From positions 1 through 54,367 of IMG/VR virus record IMGVR_UViG_3300020591_000121: a DNA stretch of 54,367 bases; one strand, given 5' to 3'. The notes beneath the pieces are model-generated. The model was not told where the DNA came from. It ran no database searches and saw only the letters and a list, made by a program, of their open reading frames with translations. The first letter of the stretch is position 1; each line of letters opens with the position of its first letter. This DNA is from a virus (Duplodnaviria; Caudoviricetes). The position numbers and the translations under genes are program-made. This document shows, piece after piece, positions 1 through 8,714 of this stretch.

Positions 1-186
1 TCACGCCGCCTCCATCTGCTCGTCGCTGTAGGCTTTGCACCCGTCGAGATAGGGCTTCACCTCGCACCATAGGCGGTGCCATTCGTTGGCGAATGCGCGC
101 TCTTCGGCGACGCTCTCTGCCTCCAGCCCCCGAAGCCGCGCGACTTTCATCGCTTGGATTTTTTGCTGCACCTCTGCCCGCGTCAT
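1..186 (-). CDS. Hypothetical phage protein (61 aa)
   Basis: ORF co-oriented with the early-left operon; purine-rich RBS-like sequence upstream. Confidence 0.6.
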   Translation of the reverse strand: MTRAEVQQKIQAMKVARLRGLEAESVAEERAFANEWHRLWCEVKPYLDGCKAYSDEQMEAA

Positions 187-203
187 GGCTTTCCCCGCTC
201 GCT

Positions 204-950
204 CTAAAACCGTTCCTTGCGCGGCGATGTCACCGCATCCTCCAGCGCCCTCAGCCTGGTTTCGATGTCCGACACCTGCCGCTTGAGGGCGGCTATCGCT
301 GGCCCCGTGCCGCGGCCATCGGATGCGCCGGACTGGCGCTCATCGGCTATTTGCCCGAAGTTCTCGATGCGGAATTTGAGGATGGTCTCGAGCTTCAGGT
401 GATCCCGGCCCGGTGCGGCGCGCAGCATGTCCAGCAACCGCTGGTCGCTCCATCCCTCGGAATACTCGACTGTGCGGCCTGTGAAATCGACCGTGGCGTG
501 CTGCCCGATCAGCAGCGTGAGCTGGACGATTTCCGCCTGGGTGAGCTTCGAGTATTCTCTCTTGGGGATAGGGGGGGGTGCAGCCTTCGCTGCGCCGTTC
601 GTGTGCCCGTTCGTTTGGGTCGTTGACATCTGCTCTTCCTCCTGGGGCTGGTTCTCGTCGCCCGATGCGTCGAGCAACGCCGCGCCGAGCGAGCCGACGC
701 GGACGCTCTCTCGCTCTTCCGGCCAGGGTTGCGCGCCGATCTCCCGAAGGGCGCGGCGGATCTGTGCTCGCGTGTTGAGGATGCCGCGCACGTCGCTCGG
801 CGTGCCGGGGTAGGCGATCCGTCGACACTGCCCGCTCTGACCGGTGATGCTTACAAACGGGTGCGCGCTGCCTTCACCGAAGGCATAGACGACTTGATGG
901 CGGTCGAGTTCGGCGCGGATCATGTCTTCGGTTTCGGCTCGGCGGTTCAT
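204..950 (-). CDS. Hypothetical phage protein with a possible HicA-like N-terminal domain and coiled-coil C-terminus
   Basis: Start MNRRAE overlaps the upstream stop (ATGA); H...TPSDxRxxxNxRAxIRR pattern. Confidence 0.6.
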   Translation of the reverse strand: MNRRAETEDMIRAELDRHQVVYAFGEGSAHPFVSITGQSGQCRRIAYPGTPSDVRGILNTRAQIRRALREIGAQPWPEERESVRVGSLGAALLDASGDENQPQEEEQMSTTQTNGHTNGAAKAAPPPIPKREYSKLTQAEIVQLTLLIGQHATVDFTGRTVEYSEGWSDQRLLDMLRAAPGRDHLKLETILKFRIENFGQIADERQSGASDGRGTGPAIAALKRQVSDIETRLRALEDAVTSPRKERF

Positions 951-1396
951 CTGGACCTCCGTCCGCGGCCGACATGCGCCTGCACGATGCGCCTCATGCG
1001 CTCCAGGTCGCCCGTCTCGCGCCATAGTGCTGCTGCTAGTTCATACGGATCATCGACGCCGTGCTCTCTGAACCAGGCGTGTTCCCGGCGGGAGCCTACC
1101 GTCTCGACACCGAGGATGTGCGCTTCGTAACTGAGCGGCAATGCCCAGCGGTCTGTTGCGCGCATCTGCACGCCACGCTCGTGGCGAGCCGGGCCAGCCT
1201 TCAGGTGATGTATCGTCCGCGCTGGTTCGCGCCCGGTGACGCAGCACGGCAGCAGCCGGAGCAAAGCGGCGTGGTCTTCGCTGTTCCCCTCGCGCTTCTC
1301 GGCTGCTGACTTGCGCGTGCGCTTCTCTCGCTCGCGTTCGGTGACTGAGGGGCGGAAATTCGCCAGCACGGTCTCGCGTCTGATCTGGGAGGCCAT
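947..1396 (-). CDS. DUF968-like / HNH-like phage nuclease
   Basis: LPCCVTG...HHLK...ATDRWALPL..EAH motif. Confidence 0.65.
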   Translation of the reverse strand: MASQIRRETVLANFRPSVTEREREKRTRKSAAEKREGNSEDHAALLRLLPCCVTGREPARTIHHLKAGPARHERGVQMRATDRWALPLSYEAHILGVETVGSRREHAWFREHGVDDPYELAAALWRETGDLERMRRIVQAHVGRGRRSR

Positions 1397-2680
1397 CTAT
1401 GCAGCCTCCTGTTGGCAGAGCACCGCGTTGACGAGATCGATCCGCTCGCCAATCCAGCGCACAACGGGAACCGCAAAGCTATTGCCAAGCGCCTTGTAGC
1501 GTGGGCCGTCCGCGGCGGGCTTGCGGCGATAAGGAACGAGCGTCCAATCGTCCGGGAAGCCCTGCAAGCGCTCGCATTCGCGCGGCGTCAGCCTCCGAAC
1601 ACATGAGGCCTGCATCAAGACCTGCTGATTAGGGTCTGATGCTGTATTGAGAGCTCCAAACCTATCGCCTGTCTCGTAGCAACCATCGTTGCCGGTGGTG
1701 CGGAAGGCCACGGCTGGCGGGTGTGCTTGCGACGCCAATGGGTGGCGGGGCGCACCATCCTCCGGCCGGCAACGGTTCGCTTTCGATGTGATCTGCGTCG
1801 TGTCGAATGCGATCAGTGTCTGGCTTTCCGCATCAAAACGGTTTGGATGCGCGTTGAGGCACATCGCTATCAAGCCCTTCTCATCGCGAAATCCGCTGTG
1901 CGCGTCGTCGTTGCTCGTAAGCGTGTCTGAAATCAGCCCGCCGTCTAGATCGAAGTCAGTTCCGAGCCCGCCGCCACCTGTAGGGCGGCTGCTAATTGTC
2001 GGGGCAATTCCTTCCCCCGCTTGGCGGCGCGGCGCAGAATGCCCTTGCAGGCAGTGGCGCTCAAAAAGTACCGCTGCGGCAGGTCGCCAGTCTCCAAGAT
2101 ATCCGACAACGAAGACGCGACGGCGGCACTGTGGAACTCCAAAGTGCTGAGCGTCAAGAACTCGGTATGCGTACCCATACCCGAGTTCTGAAAATCCGGC
2201 CAAGATGCAGTTGAAGGCGTGTAGCTCTTCTGCGCTGTACTCGTCTTCAGTTTCCACCTCTGCTCCGTCGCATCCCATGTCCACTGGTGGCGGCGGCGGA
2301 CATGGATCGGGCGCGACGTGAGAGGCGCTTGATAGAACGCCGGGCACGTTCTCCCATACCAGCCAGCGGGGGCGAAGCCGGTCAGCAAGCCTAAGATACT
2401 CAAGCGCGAGGTTGCCACGTTCGTCAGCCAGTCCGCCTCGGAGGCCTGCAATCGAGAAGGATTGGCAGGGGGTGCCTCCAACAAGAAGGTCGATGTCATC
2501 TGCGATGTGCTCGCGCGTGATCTGCGTGAAGTCGCCAAGGTTCGGAACCTCTGGGTAGCGATACGCAAGCACTGCACTCGGGAACGCCGCGATTTCCGCG
2601 AAGAAGACGGGTTGCCATCCGAGTGGATGCCAAGCGGACGTGGCCGCCTCTATCCCGCTGCAAACGGAGCCGTAACGCAT
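1397..2680 (-). CDS. DNA (cytosine-5) methyltransferase
   Basis: Motifs CSGIEA, GGTPCQSFS (catalytic PC), ENV, QxRRRVF, RRLTPRECERLQGFP, ALGNS; start set to MRYGSV. Confidence 0.95.
   Translation of the reverse strand: MRYGSVCSGIEAATSAWHPLGWQPVFFAEIAAFPSAVLAYRYPEVPNLGDFTQITREHIADDIDLLVGGTPCQSFSIAGLRGGLADERGNLALEYLRLADRLRPRWLVWENVPGVLSSASHVAPDPCPPPPPVDMGCDGAEVETEDEYSAEELHAFNCILAGFSELGYGYAYRVLDAQHFGVPQCRRRVFVVGYLGDWRPAAAVLFERHCLQGHSAPRRQAGEGIAPTISSRPTGGGGLGTDFDLDGGLISDTLTSNDDAHSGFRDEKGLIAMCLNAHPNRFDAESQTLIAFDTTQITSKANRCRPEDGAPRHPLASQAHPPAVAFRTTGNDGCYETGDRFGALNTASDPNQQVLMQASCVRRLTPRECERLQGFPDDWTLVPYRRKPAADGPRYKALGNSFAVPVVRWIGERIDLVNAVLCQQEAA
1945..2499 (-). CDS. Alternative-frame ORF nested inside the C5-MTase gene (184 aa), possible beta-subunit-like polypeptide
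   Basis: Same strand, shifted frame, open for at least 184 codons including across an insertion; protein-like C-terminus SSLSDILETGDLPQRYFLSATACKGILRRAAKRGKELP. Confidence 0.6.
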   Translation of the reverse strand: MTSTFLLEAPPANPSRLQASEADWLTNVATSRLSILGLLTGFAPAGWYGRTCPAFYQAPLTSRPIHVRRRHQWTWDATEQRWKLKTSTAQKSYTPSTASWPDFQNSGMGTHTEFLTLSTLEFHSAAVASSLSDILETGDLPQRYFLSATACKGILRRAAKRGKELPRQLAAALQVAAGSELTSI

Positions 2681-2919
2681 CACCGCACCCCCGCGATCTG
2701 AAGCCCTGGCCACTCCACGAGTGCTGCTGCTAGCTCTGGGGCTTCACGCTCGATGCGAGCTAGCTCACGGACAAGGTTTTCCTTGCGCTCCAGCCATGCC
2801 AGCGTGAGCACGGCTTGCTTCGCAGCCTCGATGACGCCGGGGCGTATATCGTTGTCGATGCCGAGGTTGATCAGCGCCTCTACGGCTTCTCTCTGTTCTG
2901 TGAGGGTCGGTTTGGTCAT
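2680..2919 (-). CDS. Hypothetical phage protein
   Basis: Translationally coupled to both neighbours. Confidence 0.65.
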   Translation of the reverse strand: MTKPTLTEQREAVEALINLGIDNDIRPGVIEAAKQAVLTLAWLERKENLVRELARIEREAPELAAALVEWPGLQIAGVR

Positions 2920-3227
2920 TGGTGCCCATCCGTCTCAGAGGGGCCGGAAGCGTAGCGATGCAAGAATATCGAGGCGTCGCAGTTAAAGGTCTTCAGCATC
3001 GCCATCCCCAGTGAGTCGAAGTTCCCATGGGCGTTCGCAGCAAACTGCGTCATCCGCATCTGCACGCTCGCGCCATCCGGGACGTACTGCGTTATGCCTG
3101 TCTCTCCGGGGAACCACTCGACGTGCGCGACAACATGGAACCCAAGCTCCTTGCAACGTCGCACGACCGCGAGAAGCGCGGGGGCGATCTCTGTGTCATA
3201 GATCGCTTCTGCTTCACCCTGGTGCAT
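2916..3227 (-). CDS. Hypothetical phage protein
   Basis: Tightly packed ORF with globular composition. Confidence 0.65.
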   Translation of the reverse strand: MHQGEAEAIYDTEIAPALLAVVRRCKELGFHVVAHVEWFPGETGITQYVPDGASVQMRMTQFAANAHGNFDSLGMAMLKTFNCDASIFLHRYASGPSETDGHQ

Positions 3228-3230
3228 CCC

Positions 3231-3581
3231 CTAGCCCTCCCTCTTGTCGTCTGAAGGATCTAGGTTGACGGCCTTCGATGCGCTGGAGACTGGGCCCTTG
3301 ATGACATAGCCATGATGCCGCAGAGCGGCTGCTGCTGCCTCTAGGACGTCCTTCGGCGCCTCGCATTCAAAGCCCAGACGCCACCCGGTATTGCCGTGGA
3401 TGACGCAAACTTGATAGCCGCTGGAATGGTCCCAGGAGATGACCTGCCCGAAACCGAAGTTTGACGTTCGCTCGCCGTTATTGGCGTGGTCACTCATCGC
3501 CTCCCACATACGTGGGTGCGCCTCGCAAATCTGGTCCCACATATCGAAATGCAAGACGGCGGTTGCTGTGTTCCCCATCAC
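3231..3581 (-). CDS. Hypothetical phage protein
   Basis: Coupled ORF in the operon. Confidence 0.6.
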   Translation of the reverse strand: MMGNTATAVLHFDMWDQICEAHPRMWEAMSDHANNGERTSNFGFGQVISWDHSSGYQVCVIHGNTGWRLGFECEAPKDVLEAAAAALRHHGYVIKGPVSSASKAVNLDPSDDKREG

Positions 3582-3982
3582 GCGTCTCCTGCATCATCGT
3601 TGACGGCCGAAGACGGACTGTCGGAAGATGGGGAGGCGTTGGCATGTTGACCGCATGCCTTGAGCGCTTTGCTGCGTGCTGGCCACCAGCGGTCCCCGTG
3701 ATAATCTTGCCAACGTCTTGGCCTACCGTCGCGATAGGTGGCAGTGACTGACGAGCCGGTATCAACCACCCTGTACTCGTTCCAGCGCCACTCGACGGCT
3801 TTGCCGAATGCGCTTAGCGGCGTCGGACGCGGTCCGTACGGCGCCGCCATGTTCGTGTATGTCGCCAGATAGAGGGCATGCCATATTCCTTTCCGGTCGT
3901 CGTAGCGCGTCAGAACAGCCACCAAGCGCGCTTCTGGCGCGTCGCAGTCGTTCATGATCACGTAGGTGCCACGGGTGAGCAT
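3578..3982 (-). CDS. Hypothetical phage protein
   Basis: Start MLTRGTY overlaps the upstream stop (TGATG). Confidence 0.55.
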   Translation of the reverse strand: MLTRGTYVIMNDCDAPEARLVAVLTRYDDRKGIWHALYLATYTNMAAPYGPRPTPLSAFGKAVEWRWNEYRVVDTGSSVTATYRDGRPRRWQDYHGDRWWPARSKALKACGQHANASPSSDSPSSAVNDDAGDA

Positions 3983-4482
3983 CACGCACCCCCGTTTGGG
4001 TTGGTGCACAAGAACTGCCCATCATGCGCAGCTGCCGCTGCGATGTACGCCGCGGACGCTTGCTCCTTGGTGGGGTGTGTTCCGAGACTTATGAAGCGGC
4101 CGTTGCGCCGGATTTGTGCGCGCCAGCCTCCGTCGCGCGCCACAACGCCCTTGAAGCCTGATTTATTCCTTGCTGACCGCCGACGATTGGCGGCGTTTTG
4201 CATGCTGCTCGCCAGCCTAAGGTTCGCTATTGCGTTGTTGTCGCGGTTTCCGTCGATGTGATCGATATCGCCCATAGGCCATTCTCCGTAGGCGATTAGC
4301 CACGCCAACCGGTGGGCTCTACAGTTGTGTCCATCAACCTGCATGCGCCGATAGCCTTTTATGGCATCCACATGACCGACGATGGCGCCAGCGCGCTTCC
4401 CTCTCAGGGCGATACGCCTACGAAAGACCCCTGTCTCAGGATCATAATCAACCATCTCTCTCGCTCGCTCAGCGGTCAGCAT
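3982..4482 (-). CDS. HNH homing endonuclease with C-terminal AP2 domain
   Basis: YDPETG, HRLAW, IDHIDGNRDNN (HNH), SGFKGV..WRAQI...LG (AP2). Confidence 0.9.
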   Translation of the reverse strand: MLTAERAREMVDYDPETGVFRRRIALRGKRAGAIVGHVDAIKGYRRMQVDGHNCRAHRLAWLIAYGEWPMGDIDHIDGNRDNNAIANLRLASSMQNAANRRRSARNKSGFKGVVARDGGWRAQIRRNGRFISLGTHPTKEQASAAYIAAAAAHDGQFLCTNPNGGA

Positions 4483-5659
4483 TCTTGCCTCCCCTGGCGT
4501 CAACATCATCACCGCCTACGCTCTGGAAGCGGGAGAGGATGGAGCGGGCGAACGCTCGATCTTCATGGGTGGCGCTGATTTCTGAGAGCATCTGCAGCGC
4601 CTCTGTCATCTCCAGCACCGGTGGGCTGGAGAGGACGGCACGGGCGATGAACTCGTCATGATCATCTATCCCTGCCGTGAGGCGGTATTCACGCTCTGCC
4701 GCCTCGATAACCCTCGCCACTTCCTTCACCACATCGCTTGCGGTGGATGCAGCGGTGGGGGTTTCCTGCAAAGTTTGCAGGTTTCCTTGATCGGAGACGG
4801 CGATCTGCTCGTGAACCATTTCACTTTCTGAAAGGGTTGCAGCGGGGCCGGTTCCCTTAAGAGCGCAGTCTTGCATCGTGCCGTCTTGACCGGCGACGGC
4901 CCCACGCTCTCGCTGCAATTCTTCACCCGCATGTAGCCATCCGCTCGTGCCGATTGAAGGAATGGACTGCATCAACACGTCGCCAGGGATCGACATGAGC
5001 CACCCTAGGGTGCTCTCAGCCTCTTTCGCGGCCTTAGGCGAAAGGATGTCCCAACCGGTTTCCCCGTCCGCAGATGCCCGCCACACCACGAGCGCAAAGC
5101 CCTCATTTGCATTCCGCAGTGCCCGCAGATGGTCATTCAGGCCGGTGGGATCGACACTGTCAGGGGCGACCGTAGCGCCCGTCTCGGCTCTTACCTGTGC
5201 TTGTGGCCCCGTGTCGGTGTTGCTGCGGACTGCGTCTAGGGCGTCGTAAGCGTCGGTGAGGCATTGCCGGTCCGCTGCATGCAGGCACTCAGGCCAGTCA
5301 TCGTTCCCGACGCATCGAGGATTCGGCACGAGCGCTGCTAATTCTATGATGGCTGTATGCACGCTGTTGCGCAGTCCACGGATCGTTGCCGCCTGACGCT
5401 CGCTCTGCCCCTTCCACATGTCGCGGTTGCGCAGCGCTCTGTCCCGCTCCGCCTCTAGCTCTGAGACGCGTGTCTGCTGTGCGCGGAGGGCGGTGGCTGC
5501 TTCGCCGTTTAGTGTTTGGTCTGGCCGTGCGTGCATGTACGTGCCCGGAGTTTCACCGTTTCGGGTGGATTTGTCGTCCGCCATCATTCGGCTGACGTCG
5601 GATGCAATTACTGCCGCCGCATCCAGCCGCTCGATCAGCTTGTCGATGTCCTCAGCCAT
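4469..5659 (-). CDS. Hypothetical mosaic phage early protein
   Basis: Long ORF from MAEDIDKL with coiled-coil segments. Confidence 0.6.
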   Translation of the reverse strand: MAEDIDKLIERLDAAAVIASDVSRMMADDKSTRNGETPGTYMHARPDQTLNGEAATALRAQQTRVSELEAERDRALRNRDMWKGQSERQAATIRGLRNSVHTAIIELAALVPNPRCVGNDDWPECLHAADRQCLTDAYDALDAVRSNTDTGPQAQVRAETGATVAPDSVDPTGLNDHLRALRNANEGFALVVWRASADGETGWDILSPKAAKEAESTLGWLMSIPGDVLMQSIPSIGTSGWLHAGEELQRERGAVAGQDGTMQDCALKGTGPAATLSESEMVHEQIAVSDQGNLQTLQETPTAASTASDVVKEVARVIEAAEREYRLTAGIDDHDEFIARAVLSSPPVLEMTEALQMLSEISATHEDRAFARSILSRFQSVGGDDVDARGGKNADR

Positions 5660-5963
5660 TGGCGGTGTCCTTGTTGAGCGCGGCGCGGGCCACCCGCTCG
5701 TATTCGCGGATGCGCTTCTGCAGCCAGACTTCTTCGGGCGCATTCATCGCCGCGGGCTGATTGAGCATCCCGCAGCCGTATACAGCGATGTCAGTCAGCG
5801 CCTCTCGCGCCTCATCCCGTTCTTTGGTGAGGCGGTCGAGTTCGTCGGCCGCGCGTTCGATCATCGCCACGTCTTCTGGCGTCACAGCGCCAAACGTCGC
5901 GATCAGTCTCAGTATCGTGGGCAGCCGCTCCGCGATGCTCTGCTCAGCCATGATCGTCACCAT
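5652..5963 (-). CDS. Hypothetical phage protein
   Basis: Coupled start MVTIMAEQ. Confidence 0.6.
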   Translation of the reverse strand: MVTIMAEQSIAERLPTILRLIATFGAVTPEDVAMIERAADELDRLTKERDEAREALTDIAVYGCGMLNQPAAMNAPEEVWLQKRIREYERVARAALNKDTANG

Positions 5964-6274
5964 CAACGATGTCCTTTCTGACCATATTGCGCGCGACGCG
6001 TTGTCCATGCACGGGAGCGGATTTCCCGCATTTCAGCGGAGCTTTTCGGCTTAGGCTTCTTGCGCGGAGCGCACCCTGGAAGAGGCGGGCCGTCATCAAG
6101 TCCAGACTGGTCTGGCTGATGATCGTGCGTCCACGTCAGCGGTTGCCAGCAGATCGGGCATAGCGGCGGATCAGCCATGATCTCTAGGATCGCTGCATCC
6201 AATTCCCGATCCGGCCCCGTAGCCGCCTCCACTCTCTCCAAGAGTGCTTTGATCGTTGAGATGTCAGGTTTCAT
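5963..6274 (-). CDS. Hypothetical phage protein
   Basis: LLERVEAATGPDRELDAAI N-terminus typical of phage early proteins; CPIC motif. Confidence 0.6.
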   Translation of the reverse strand: MKPDISTIKALLERVEAATGPDRELDAAILEIMADPPLCPICWQPLTWTHDHQPDQSGLDDGPPLPGCAPRKKPKPKSSAEMREIRSRAWTTRRAQYGQKGHR

Positions 6275-7182
6275 GCCGCCACCCGCTGTGCGAGGAAGGC
6301 GTCGACATTCATCAGGTGCGGGCGGTAGGTGACGGCGACCACCCAGGGGTTGGCGTCCCACGCGCCGGCGCCGTTGATGTGGTCCCACAGCTTGGCGTAG
6401 CTGCGCTGCGCGTGCTTGCCGCCTGGTTCCTCAACGCCGACGGCCGTCAGCGAATGCGGCCAGATGCCAGGCACGTAGTAGAACGGCGGGTCGGCCGACT
6501 CGTGAACAACGCCCTCCGCCTCCGCATCGCTTGCGCTGATGTCCTGCAGGCGCTCGACGCGGACGTCAGTCACCTCCAGAGTCAGCCGCGACGCCCAGCG
6601 AGGCATGTGGATGGAAGGTGTCCAGCCCGGCATCTCGCTGCAGATATCAGGATATCGCGCGTTTATCTCGTCACGCGGCCCGGCGGCCGTCCGGTATGGA
6701 AATCCATCGCAATGCCAAACCCGAATGGGGTCGCCATCCGCCTTGTAAATTACGCGGTAGCTGACCGGTGGCGGTCCTGGAATGCCCGCTTCCCCCTGAA
6801 GCGAAAACCTGCCTTCTTGTACGCCAGCCGGATGATGCTGGGTCCACGTCTCCCGCACCCACAGCACGTCGCCAACGGCGTAAGGCAGCTCTTGCTTGGT
6901 GATTACGCGACCGAGCCGAATGCGCGGACGCGGATCATTGCGGTTCTGCTCGACAGCTACCTCGCATTCCAATCCGGTGTCGGAGCAGATGAACAGTTCC
7001 GGCTGCGGCTTTAGCACCCGCCGCGTCTGCGTCTTGCCGGTGCCCGGCTGCTGCACTTCGCGGATGTTCGCGCGGACCATCGGGGCTGAGAACAGGATGG
7101 GTTTAACCTGCATCTGTCCCTCCTGTGGCTCGGGAGAGGGCGGTGCGGGCGGTCCACCATCATCAATCTTTGACATCTTCAT
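6271..7182 (-). CDS. ASCH/PUA-like phage protein
   Basis: PILFSAPMVRA..GKTQTRR, GDVLWVRET, PSIHMPRWASRLTLEVTDVRVERLQDIS, WDANPWV; true start may be at MQVKP. Confidence 0.8.
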   Translation of the reverse strand: MKMSKIDDGGPPAPPSPEPQEGQMQVKPILFSAPMVRANIREVQQPGTGKTQTRRVLKPQPELFICSDTGLECEVAVEQNRNDPRPRIRLGRVITKQELPYAVGDVLWVRETWTQHHPAGVQEGRFSLQGEAGIPGPPPVSYRVIYKADGDPIRVWHCDGFPYRTAAGPRDEINARYPDICSEMPGWTPSIHMPRWASRLTLEVTDVRVERLQDISASDAEAEGVVHESADPPFYYVPGIWPHSLTAVGVEEPGGKHAQRSYAKLWDHINGAGAWDANPWVVAVTYRPHLMNVDAFLAQRVAA

Positions 7183-7205
7183 TCCCCGTTAGGTGATGGG
7201 TGCAT

Positions 7206-7436
7206 TCAGGCGGCTTCGGAATTGTCGGCGTCAGATGGAGCACGCCCCTTAACTGGCTTTGTCGCGTACGGCGGGGCATCGGTGATGATCTGCGCGACGG
7301 TGACCGTCTTCTCGCCGTGCTGCGTTTCGACGGTGACCCTCTCGCCGACGACAAGTGCCTCGCCGTCGTGGTCGAAGTGGTAGGTGTAAGGTCTGCCGCC
7401 GTCGGTGAACGTGCAGGCCACGAATTGCCTAGTCAT
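7206..7436 (-). CDS. Small hypothetical beta-rich protein
   Basis: Coupled ORF. Confidence 0.6.
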   Translation of the reverse strand: MTRQFVACTFTDGGRPYTYHFDHDGEALVVGERVTVETQHGEKTVTVAQIITDAPPYATKPVKGRAPSDADNSEAA

Positions 7437-7677
7437 GTGCAGTCTCCGCGAGGTCAGGCCGCTTCTTCGCCGGCCATGCGTCCATCAGGTCAGCGTGCTC
7501 AAGCGCCAGCAGTATCATCTGCGGGTCGCCGCCAGCGCCGGCGGCCGCGTTAGCCCATGCGCGTACAGTCGCCGCGGCGTGCTTGTCCTGACCGCGCAAC
7601 AGGAACACGGGCTCGTCGGCCGGGATGAGGCCCGCCGGATCTTGGATGCGGTTGTAGTCCTCGCGTGCGTGTTTCAT
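7429..7677 (-). CDS. Conserved-type hypothetical phage protein
   Basis: DEPVFLLRGQD..A...VRAWA motif; ATGA-coupled start. Confidence 0.7.
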   Translation of the reverse strand: MKHAREDYNRIQDPAGLIPADEPVFLLRGQDKHAAATVRAWANAAAGAGGDPQMILLALEHADLMDAWPAKKRPDLAETAHD

Positions 7678-8231
7678 GCTGCTGCCCTTCTCGTTTTGTG
7701 CTCGATAATGAGGTCGCTGACATCGATGCCGGTAAGCGCGTAGATCTCGGCGTAAACGCGGTCTGCGACCGGTCGAAACTCGGTCTCGTCCATGACCTCG
7801 TGGGAGATCGACTTGGCGAGGAACAGGCGGATAGCGGGTTCGCCGTCTACGACGCCTTCGCGCCAGAACGGATATTCGCCCTTGATGCGAAATCGCTGGA
7901 TCATCCCGTCGATCGACGCCATCAGGCGCTGCTGTGCCTTCGCGTCGCTCAGCATCGGGAAGTCGAGCTTTAAGCAGTGATCGACCCGGCATAGGAGCCA
8001 CGAGCGAAGCAATTCAGCATCGCCCTCGGGATTCGGCTCGGCGCCGTGCGGCCAGTGCTGGCAAACATCCGAGAGCACGCCGAAGAAAGTAGAATGCGTC
8101 TTGCTCAGACGTGGCACCGTCACCTTGCTCTTATGGGCGACACGCTCGGGGATCTTGAGCATCCGAGCCTCGGAATCCTCGTCGGCAGGAAGAAGGGCGC
8201 GGCCAATACGGATCAGGGACATTTCAGGCAC
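7674..8231 (-). CDS. DUF1367-like phage protein
   Basis: R...HxxFFxxL and KSIS...MDExEF motifs. Confidence 0.55.
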   Translation of the reverse strand: MPEMSLIRIGRALLPADEDSEARMLKIPERVAHKSKVTVPRLSKTHSTFFGVLSDVCQHWPHGAEPNPEGDAELLRSWLLCRVDHCLKLDFPMLSDAKAQQRLMASIDGMIQRFRIKGEYPFWREGVVDGEPAIRLFLAKSISHEVMDETEFRPVADRVYAEIYALTGIDVSDLIIEHKTRRAAA

Positions 8232-8388
8232 CGGCTTGCCCTCCGTCTTTCTTGCCCCGCTGCGCCACCTGCGTCGGCATCTGAGGCGCAGCCGCAGATG
8301 CGCCGGCCACAGCAGCCACGGCGGCCGACTGCCCGCCTACGAGCTTCCCGGCGGCGCTGCGGATGATGTTTGTGAGGGATGGCATCAT
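8224..8388 (-). CDS. Small Ala/Gly-rich protein (54 aa, not in ORF track)
   Basis: MMPSLTNIIRSAAGK...GGQAGA; overlaps both neighbours in coupled fashion and fills the gap exactly. Confidence 0.5.
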   Translation of the reverse strand: MMPSLTNIIRSAAGKLVGGQSAAVAAVAGASAAAPQMPTQVAQRGKKDGGQAGA

Positions 8389-8714
8389 GCGCCTCCCGTT
8401 GCCGCGCGAAGCTCTGCTTCGATGAACTGGCGCGCCCTTGCGTTCGCGAAGTGCACCGGTTCGGTATCTCTCCGTCGCGAGTAGGACAGCAGCACCGCCA
8501 GCACGTTTGCCAAACCGATCTCGCGATCGGCATCGCGCCGCTTCTGAGGCTCGGGCTTGACCACCGGAGGCAGGAGACGCTCCACGCGTGTGCGCAATTG
8601 CGCCTCGGCCCCGTGCTCCAAAAGGAGAGAAACCTGCGCTTCGAAAAGATCGAGCATCCCATTCAGCGGGTTCTCGCGCTCTTCCGGCTCATAGCGGATT
8701 GCAGCGGCGGTCAT
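8385..8714 (-). CDS. Hypothetical phage protein
   Basis: ATGA-coupled ORF. Confidence 0.6.
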   Translation of the reverse strand: MTAAAIRYEPEERENPLNGMLDLFEAQVSLLLEHGAEAQLRTRVERLLPPVVKPEPQKRRDADREIGLANVLAVLLSYSRRRDTEPVHFANARARQFIEAELRAATGGA

